Notes under the pieces: generated by a model
Databases searched by the model: none
The model's input: only the letters and a program-made list of their open reading frames with translations
What the model was told of the DNA's origin: nothing
In this document: piece by piece, positions 41,120 through 45,915 of the stretch
Position numbering within the stretch: the first letter of the stretch is position 1
How the letters are laid out: every line of letters starts with the position of its first letter
Program-made: the position numbers and the translations under genes
From: a virus
Virus record (IMG/VR): IMGVR_UViG_3300012668_000094
Span: 1-45,915 of that record
Length of the DNA: 45,915 bases
Strand: one strand, 5' to 3'

Positions 41120-41358
41120 TGGAACAGCTCCCTGATCTTGTCGGCCTTGGCCCTATTGGCGGTCTTGGTGCGGAAGGCCTCGTCGCGCACCTCGCGGAGG
41201 CGCATGACCTCCACTTCCGCTTCGGTGACGACCTCACCGGCCACCTCGGCAGCCCCCTCGAGTCGCTGAGCTGCGACCTCGAAGATGTCCAGGGCGCCCT
41301 GCGCCTGGGTGTTGGCCACCAAGAGGCGACCCTCGAGCGTCTTCTTCCGGTTCCTCAC
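41116..41358 (-). CDS. coiled-coil protein (80 aa)
   Basis: GTGA overlap. Confidence 0.5.
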   Translation of the reverse strand: MRNRKKTLEGRLLVANTQAQGALDIFEVAAQRLEGAAEVAGEVVTEAEVEVMRLREVRDEAFRTKTANRAKADKIRELFQ

Positions 41359-42233
41359 TGCTTGTCTCCTTCGTTGTGTGTCAGGGTTGCATCTGGTTTA
41401 CGAAAAAATGGGGTCCCGCCCATCGCAACGCAAAAACGCGCCACGCCGCAGGCGCTCTTGCAGAGGTTCCCGGGGACGGCCAGGAAGAGCTGCTGGTCTC
41501 TGATCTCACGGGCCTTCCAGGCCTGCTCCCACAGCCACTCCTCGGTGAAGACACTGAGGTCGAACCACTCAGGCACTCCCCCGCTACGGGCCTTCCAGAA
41601 GCCAGCCCACCGGGGCTGCACCTCGAAGGTGCCGAGCACTCCCAGGGCGTTGTACGCCATCTGGCGGGGCCATGCGTCGGTGTGGCTGCCGGTCTTGAGG
41701 TCGACGATGTAGAGCTCGCCGGCGTCGTTGACGTACACCCGGTCGATAATGGAGCGGATCTGGAGGTCCTCCGGGCCATAGGCCCAGACCTCAACCTCGA
41801 CGGCCGGCTTGAGCTCGCCGTCCTCGTCGGGGTACTCCCAGATCTTGAGGCCGCAGTTGTCTCGCCACATGATCCACTGCTTGATGAACTCGGGGCCCTT
41901 GAGGGACCACCACTCAGGGGTCTCCTTCTCGGGCCAGTCCTTGCTGGCGCGACCGGAGCGGTAATACTCGGACGGCTCGTACTGGGGACTGCGCTCCACG
42001 GCCTCGTCGTAGCACTCCTGCCAGACGATGGACCAGAGCTCGTTGATCCCTCGCTCGTCACCCAGGTCGATCATCTCGGTGACCCTGTGGACGGTGCTGC
42101 CACCGATCCCGGCCCACATGGGCCGTTCGGGAGCACCTTCGACACGAGTCAGGCGGTACTGCTCACCACAGGTAGTGAGGCTCGAGATCTGCGACGGGCT
42201 GAGGTAGGTCGGCGGGATCCAGTCGGGGTTCAC
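41355..42233 (-). CDS. Cas4/RecB-like PD-(D/E)xK exonuclease with Cys cluster
   Basis: ...SPSQISSLTTCGEQY..., ...IVDLKTGS..., ...QMAYNALG..., C-terminal CKSACGVARFC. Start moved to GTG 42233 (GTGA overlap). Confidence 0.65.
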   Translation of the reverse strand: MNPDWIPPTYLSPSQISSLTTCGEQYRLTRVEGAPERPMWAGIGGSTVHRVTEMIDLGDERGINELWSIVWQECYDEAVERSPQYEPSEYYRSGRASKDWPEKETPEWWSLKGPEFIKQWIMWRDNCGLKIWEYPDEDGELKPAVEVEVWAYGPEDLQIRSIIDRVYVNDAGELYIVDLKTGSHTDAWPRQMAYNALGVLGTFEVQPRWAGFWKARSGGVPEWFDLSVFTEEWLWEQAWKAREIRDQQLFLAVPGNLCKSACGVARFCVAMGGTPFFRKPDATLTHNEGDKQ

Positions 42234-42466
42234 AGGAGACCACTGAGGGTCTCGAGAGGGAGGGGCGCGGAGGCGACCAGGATCGGGGCGTAGCGGAAGA
42301 TCTGCGAGGAGTTGATGACGTTCACGTCCACCGTGACCAATCCCCACCCTTTGGGTGGTCTATGTAGGCGTTCGTCGAGATCCGAGATCTCGAGGTAGCC
42401 CTCCTCGGATGTCTCAAACCAGACCCCGCTCCAGCAGGGAACTTCACAGCCGTGTGAACATGCCAT
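42230..42466 (-). CDS. first gene of the replication operon (78 aa, N-terminal Cys cluster)
   Basis: ATG with GGGGG RBS. About 85-nt leader from the motif at 42559. Confidence 0.45.
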   Translation of the reverse strand: MACSHGCEVPCWSGVWFETSEEGYLEISDLDERLHRPPKGWGLVTVDVNVINSSQIFRYAPILVASAPLPLETLSGLL

Positions 42467-42558
42467 TTTCGATTACCCCCAAAGCTTCCCCGGGTTGTCA
42501 GAGGAAGGTTGATCCGTACCTCCGTCTGGGTCTAGGACGGGGGTTGTGGTGCCGATGA

Positions 42559-42571
42559 TGCAACCATGTCA
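42559..42571 (-). promoter_or_regulatory. promoter-like motif TGACATGGTTGCA driving the replication operon
   Basis: Minus-strand copy directly after terminator 42574-94. Confidence 0.55.
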
Positions 42572-42573
42572 CA

Positions 42574-42844
42574 TAAAACGCCTTCGCGCAAGGCCCAACA
42601 TCTCACATCGACACTATTTTGCCTAGCATTTGCCCAACTTTGCTGGTAGTGGACTGTTCCACCACTCTCGGGGGGAGGGGCCATCAACTTCTGCACCGAA
42701 GGAAAGAAGTTGAGGGGAGGGGGGCTATCGCCCCTACCAACGGCCGAAGGGCCGGCCCCTTGTGGGGAGCCGGCCCTAGCGGTGGAGCGGAGAGAGCGGA
42801 TGGGGGGTCTCGCTCGCTTCGCTCGCTCTCAGAGTGTAACCACA
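42574..42844 (-). ncRNA. ~270-nt putative ncRNA with three C-rich tracts
   Basis: Bounded by the motif at 42847-59 and terminator GCCTT-CGCGC-AAGGC + GTTTT (42574-94). The RNA has CCCCTCCCCCC, CCCCCCTCCCC and CCCCCC tracts plus several perfect hairpins. Confidence 0.45.
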
Positions 42845-42846
42845 CA

Positions 42847-42859
42847 TGCAACCCTGACG
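42847..42859 (-). promoter_or_regulatory. promoter-like motif CGTCAGGGTTGCA
   Basis: Minus-strand copy 11 nt after the regulator stop codon. Confidence 0.45.
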
Positions 42860-42869
42860 CAAGCCCTCT

Positions 42870-43313
42870 TCACGAAATTCTTTTCTCGGGGTCCCGGACG
42901 ACCGGGACATCCGGGATGTCCGGCTCGCCCTTGATGTAGAAGAAGCCCTTCTCGGTGTCGGGGTAGTAGACCACCACGGCCCCGGCCTGCTGGAGCTGGG
43001 CCAACCAGGAGTCCAGCCGCTGGTCGGACTCGGCGCTGTTGGCGATGTCCTTGCGCCGGCGCCCCAGGAGTCGGAGCATCCGGGCCGCGTAGTGCGTCTG
43101 GTGCTCCTCCTTGATCGTCCAGGGGAGCTCGTCGACGTACTTCTTGGCGACCGATGCTTCGCCGGCGCGGAAGAGCGCGGCGGACACCGTACTTCGGCTG
43201 ACGGGGTACCCGGTGCGGCGCGTCACCTCGTCAGCGATCTGCTGATGGGTCAAGCCTCGGTCGACCATCTGACGCAAGTCAGAGGTGGGGGGCAGGATGC
43301 GTGCTGGGGACAT
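42870..43313 (-). CDS. HTH DNA-binding regulator (repressor/switch candidate)
   Basis: 147 aa from ATG 43313. LTHQQIADEVTRRTGYPVSRSTVSAAL is HTH-like. Divergent from the integrase operon. Confidence 0.55.
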   Translation of the reverse strand: MSPARILPPTSDLRQMVDRGLTHQQIADEVTRRTGYPVSRSTVSAALFRAGEASVAKKYVDELPWTIKEEHQTHYAARMLRLLGRRRKDIANSAESDQRLDSWLAQLQQAGAVVVYYPDTEKGFFYIKGEPDIPDVPVVRDPEKRIS

Positions 43314-43452
43314 GCAACACAGTGTGGCGCAACTGTGGCACTTAGTCAAATCCACAACCAACCCGAGGGGTGGTTGCACCCGCCCTACTCGCCCCTCCGT
43401 CGCAGGTCAGGATCAGGGGTTTCGTAGGACACGACGCTGCTGGGTGCTGTTG

Positions 43453-43489
43453 TGTCAGGATTGCACCGTGCTACAGTGGCATGGTTGCA
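43453..43489 (+). promoter_or_regulatory. two tandem promoter-like motifs (TGTCAGGATTGCA, TGGCATGGTTGCA) 24 bp apart
   Basis: Copies at 43453-65 and 43477-89, upstream of the plus-strand nuclease-integrase operon. Confidence 0.5.
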
Positions 43490-43518
43490 TACCGATTCTG
43501 ACCCAACTGGAGGAACTT

Positions 43519-43617
43519 GTGACCATCTGGTCCACACGCATTGAAGCGCTCCTGTCGCGCTGTCGCTCGAAGCTCTTTGTCCTGGCCGCGGCCGGCCTAC
43601 TCAGGCACCGCCCGTGA
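43519..43617 (+). CDS. 32-aa peptide with hydrophobic C-half
   Basis: GGAGGA RBS 4 nt before the GTG. The stop overlaps the next start (GTGA). VTIWSTRIEALLSRCRSKLFVLAAAGLLRHRP. Confidence 0.4.
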   Translation: MTIWSTRIEALLSRCRSKLFVLAAAGLLRHRP

Positions 43618-43988
43618 TCGCCGCGGAGCCCCGTACGTGGGACTACACCGTCACCACCCTGGTCCGGGCCGTGGACGGTGACACGTTCGACCTCACCCTC
43701 TCGAAGCGGATGGACTTCGGCTTCCGCCTGATCGAGGACAAGGAGTGGTCGACCCGCTTCCGTCTCCTGGGCATCAACGCCCCGGAGACGAATCAGGTGG
43801 GCGGGGCGGCAGCCACGCTCTACGCCAGCACCTGGATCTACGCCGCAATCTACGAGGGCGTGCTACGAGGGCAGACGTTCAAGGCCGACAGCTTCGGCCG
43901 GTGGCTCATCGACCTCTACTGCGCCGACACCGGCGAGCACCTCGCAGCGTCGATGATCGCTGCCGGCCATGGGGTGAGGTACCCGTGA
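43614..43988 (+). CDS. staphylococcal-nuclease (thermonuclease)-fold protein
   Basis: 124 aa. VRAVDGDTFDL...RFRLLGINAPET... is the SNase signature. Confidence 0.65.
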   Translation: MIAAEPRTWDYTVTTLVRAVDGDTFDLTLSKRMDFGFRLIEDKEWSTRFRLLGINAPETNQVGGAAATLYASTWIYAAIYEGVLRGQTFKADSFGRWLIDLYCADTGEHLAASMIAAGHGVRYP

Positions 43989-44239
43989 AGGTCCAGAAGC
44001 AGGGCCACGATTGGGTCGCCATGTGCGCGGAGCATGGCGAGGCCTACTGGTGTGCGGACTGGGAGGGTGCCCTCGAGGCTGCCTATGGGCATGTCGCCAT
44101 GCGACACCCATGGCTCTGCGACCACCAGTTGAGCTATGGCCCCATGGACCACCGGTGGCGCCGCTGCCTGGAGTGTGGCGCCCACCTCCCGCCAACGAGC
44201 AACCTTGACACCCAACCTGACACGGAGGATGCTTCGTGA
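43985..44239 (+). CDS. hypothetical Cys/His/Trp-rich protein (84 aa)
   Basis: GTGA overlap. The longer track ORF is trimmed. Confidence 0.45.
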   Translation: MKVQKQGHDWVAMCAEHGEAYWCADWEGALEAAYGHVAMRHPWLCDHQLSYGPMDHRWRRCLECGAHLPPTSNLDTQPDTEDAS

Positions 44240-44418
44240 AGACCTGGAGCGTCGGACCCCCCAACCCGAGGGGGGATCTCTATACCGACGAGACCCCGGT
44301 CCCCAAGCCAACGGAAGAGGAGCGGGCCTTGGCCGTTAGGCGCGTGATGCGGCTCGCGGAACCGGGTCTCGTCGACGAGGTACTGGAGATGCTGGGGCTG
44401 ACCGATGCTTCTCAGTGA
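44236..44418 (+). CDS. hypothetical protein (60 aa)
   Basis: GTGA overlap. Directly upstream of int (excisionase-position gene, no motif). Confidence 0.45.
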   Translation: MKTWSVGPPNPRGDLYTDETPVPKPTEEERALAVRRVMRLAEPGLVDEVLEMLGLTDASQ

Positions 44419-45433
44419 CGCCGTGCAGGCCTTCTGCCACGACCGGCGATCCAAGGGGATCGCGCCGGCGACCAGGAAGAACGAGTCCCAGGTCCTGCGG
44501 CTCTTCCTGGCAGACGTCGGCAACATCCAGGTCCGGCAGCTGCGACCGCAGCACGCGGACACCTTCTGGGGGAACCGATCAGGCTGGGCCCCCGGGACCC
44601 TCAACCGGGCCCGTCACACCCTGAGCACCTTCTTCTCCTGGTGCCGCGACCGCGGCTACATGGGGCGGGACGGTGACCCCCTGGCCGGCACTCGAGGATT
44701 CAAGGTCCCGACCCGCTCGAGGATCATCATTCCCCAGGGCCAATTCGAGTCGGTGCTCGAGGGGCGGTCGACCCCTCGCTCCCGGATCACCTTCGCCATC
44801 GGGCTCTACATGTTCCTGCGGATCTCGGAGACCGAGGGCCTGCGGTGGCAGGACATCGACCTCGAGGGGGGGGTGGCCGAGGTCTTCCGACAGAAGACGG
44901 GGACCATCGACATGCTGCCCATCTGCGAGGAGCTGGTGCTCGAGCTCAAGCGCTGGCGACTGACGTACGCGGCCGAGCTCGGAGAGCAACCCCGACCGGA
45001 GTGGTTCGTGGTTCCGGGCTCAACCCCTCCGCGGGGCCAGGGCGTGAAGGGCACGAAGGGCTTCGGGGTACACAGCGAAAGACACTTCCTTCCCACAAAG
45101 AGGGCATATCTCGCAAAGGTCATTGCCAGAGGGCTGCGAGAGGCGGGATACTATATGCCCTATGAGGGAGGACACACGCTGAGACGCTCGGGGGCTACGG
45201 CGCTGTACAACCAGCTCACTCATGTTGGCCATGACCGGGCCATTAGGATCTGTCAAGCCATGCTCGGGCACGCATCTGTTCGGACCACTGAGGTCTACCT
45301 GCGACTCGATCTTGACCGCAAGGTGAGGAACGATCTACTCGCCGGCAGGCCCATGTTCCCCATGCGGACCGAGGGTGTTGTCCTGCACCTGGAAAGGGAG
45401 ATAAGTGGTACGCAAGACGGTCGAGTTGTATGA
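44405..45433 (+). CDS. int: tyrosine integrase
   Basis: 342 aa. ...LRISETEGLRWQDI..., HTLRRSGATALY, LGHASVRTTEVYL (R..HxxR..Y catalytic set). Confidence 0.9.
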   Translation: MLLSDAVQAFCHDRRSKGIAPATRKNESQVLRLFLADVGNIQVRQLRPQHADTFWGNRSGWAPGTLNRARHTLSTFFSWCRDRGYMGRDGDPLAGTRGFKVPTRSRIIIPQGQFESVLEGRSTPRSRITFAIGLYMFLRISETEGLRWQDIDLEGGVAEVFRQKTGTIDMLPICEELVLELKRWRLTYAAELGEQPRPEWFVVPGSTPPRGQGVKGTKGFGVHSERHFLPTKRAYLAKVIARGLREAGYYMPYEGGHTLRRSGATALYNQLTHVGHDRAIRICQAMLGHASVRTTEVYLRLDLDRKVRNDLLAGRPMFPMRTEGVVLHLEREISGTQDGRVV

Positions 45434-45638
45434 GTGTGACGTCTGCGGATCTGAGGCCGAGCGATACTTGGTCACATTCCCGGACGGCGGAGTTCTCGCA
45501 CTGGACAGGTGCGAAAGACACGACAAGAAACTCCTGGCATTGAGGCAGGAAAAGGGGGCCTGGACGAGTTCCGGTGGTAGGGCGGTATTCCGAATATCTA
45601 CCCCGGAAGAGATCGAGAAAGAACGGACAGAGAATTGA
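45405..45638 (+). CDS. 77-aa protein resembling an Lsr2 N-terminal (oligomerisation) domain without the DNA-binding tail
   Basis: GTG with AAGGGAG RBS. KTVELYECDVCGSEAERYLVTFPDGGVLALD versus phage Lsr2 KISVVLVDDLDGSEAHETVSFGLDGATYEIDL. Confidence 0.45.
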   Translation: MVRKTVELYECDVCGSEAERYLVTFPDGGVLALDRCERHDKKLLALRQEKGAWTSSGGRAVFRISTPEEIEKERTEN

Positions 45639-45641
45639 AAT

Positions 45642-45667
45642 GCGCCCCCCTTTCGGGGGGCGTTTCT
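45642..45667. terminator. bidirectional intrinsic terminator
   Basis: GCGCCCCCC-TTTC-GGGGGGCG followed by TTTCTCAT. T-rich on the other strand as well. Confidence 0.8.
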
Positions 45668-45909
45668 CATGTGACTTGTTCTCGTAGAATGTGGACGGCC
45701 AGAGCGGCGGCTCCGACCCCCAAGGCTCCAGCGAATACCACTCGTCCGGGTGGTTGATTCGTACGGAAGATCTCTCGGGTCACCTCGCTCAGCGTCGACC
45801 CGTCATTCTTGGTCGCCCGCCATGCGTCAAACCCACCCAGACCCCCGATGGTGCCGACCCAGAAGATCTGCCATCTGAGGCCCTTGCGCGTTGTGTGTGA
45901 GGATTGCAC
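45667..45909 (-). CDS. small membrane protein (80 aa, 2 TM), last gene of the late operon
   Basis: GTG start at 45909 (= nt 71). WQIFWVGTIGGLGGF and VVFAGALGVGAAALAV. Confidence 0.55.
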   Translation of the reverse strand: MQSSHTTRKGLRWQIFWVGTIGGLGGFDAWRATKNDGSTLSEVTREIFRTNQPPGRVVFAGALGVGAAALAVHILREQVT

Positions 45910-45915
45910 CCACTC
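45839..45915. repeat. second copy of the 77-bp terminal overlap
   Basis: Identical to 1..77. Confidence 0.95.

Noticed and set aside
42619-42939. 106-aa and 74-aa plus-strand ORFs in the 42467-42869 gap
   Set aside because: They are Gly/Arg-rich translations of G-runs, lack RBSs, and run antisense to a promoter/terminator-bounded unit. The region is better read as non-coding.
43519-43988. Fusion of the 32-aa hydrophobic peptide to the SNase ORF as a signal peptide through a frameshift
   Set aside because: The junction is an ordinary GTGA start/stop overlap like dozens of others in this genome, and no slippery sequence was noticed. It is kept as two ORFs, with the idea noted only as a possibility.
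1-45915. Search for a tape measure, major tail/tube, tail-assembly chaperone frameshift, DNA polymerase, small terminase, reverse transcriptase or canonical tRNA genes
   Set aside because: None was recognised by eye. Absence is stated only as 'not seen', because divergent versions among the hypothetical proteins cannot be excluded without profile searches.

Overview
Complete, circularly closed genome (the first 77 nt equal the last 77 nt; 45,838 bp unique) of a high-GC temperate tailed phage. The host is almost certainly an actinobacterium, given an Lsr2 homologue, a tyrosine integrase and pervasive GTG/TTG starts. Layout: (i) One long minus-strand late operon runs 26096 -> 106 and through the junction to 45667. 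It encodes terminase large subunit with an N-terminal HTH-like extension, portal, small Gly/Pro-rich proteins, a 2,407-aa giant ORF, and four more internal-virion-type proteins including a transglycosylase+NlpC/P60 hydrolase. These are followed by scaffold, major capsid, tail/fibre genes (one with 20 TTW repeats, one with a tail-collar-like C-terminus) and three small membrane proteins. No tape measure, tail tube or DNA polymerase gene was recognised, so a podovirus-like virion is inferred. (ii) A ~640-bp structured non-coding region lies upstream of terL. (iii) A lower-GC two-gene acidic-protein cassette (27003-28478) has its own promoter and terminator. (iv) A plus-strand early operon of 17 small genes (28906-33207) ends in lsr2. 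(v) A minus-strand replication/nucleotide operon (42466 -> 33278) encodes Cas4-like nuclease, RecA/DnaB-type helicase, amidase, resolvase, SLOG, DUF5664-like, split primase, exonuclease, sigma-like factor and EEP nuclease. (vi) A regulator/nuclease/integrase module occupies 42870-45638. Non-coding highlights are a 13-nt promoter-like motif TGTCAKGGTTGCA in at least 13 copies, a 164-nt tRNA-like element, and two ~270-290-nt terminator-bounded RNAs. All functions come from motif recognition by eye; no database search was possible. Many ORF-track entries are wrong-frame or antisense shadows of the high-GC genes. Several real genes under 60 aa are missing from the track and were recovered from start/stop overlaps (GTGA, ATGA, TGATG, TAATG).
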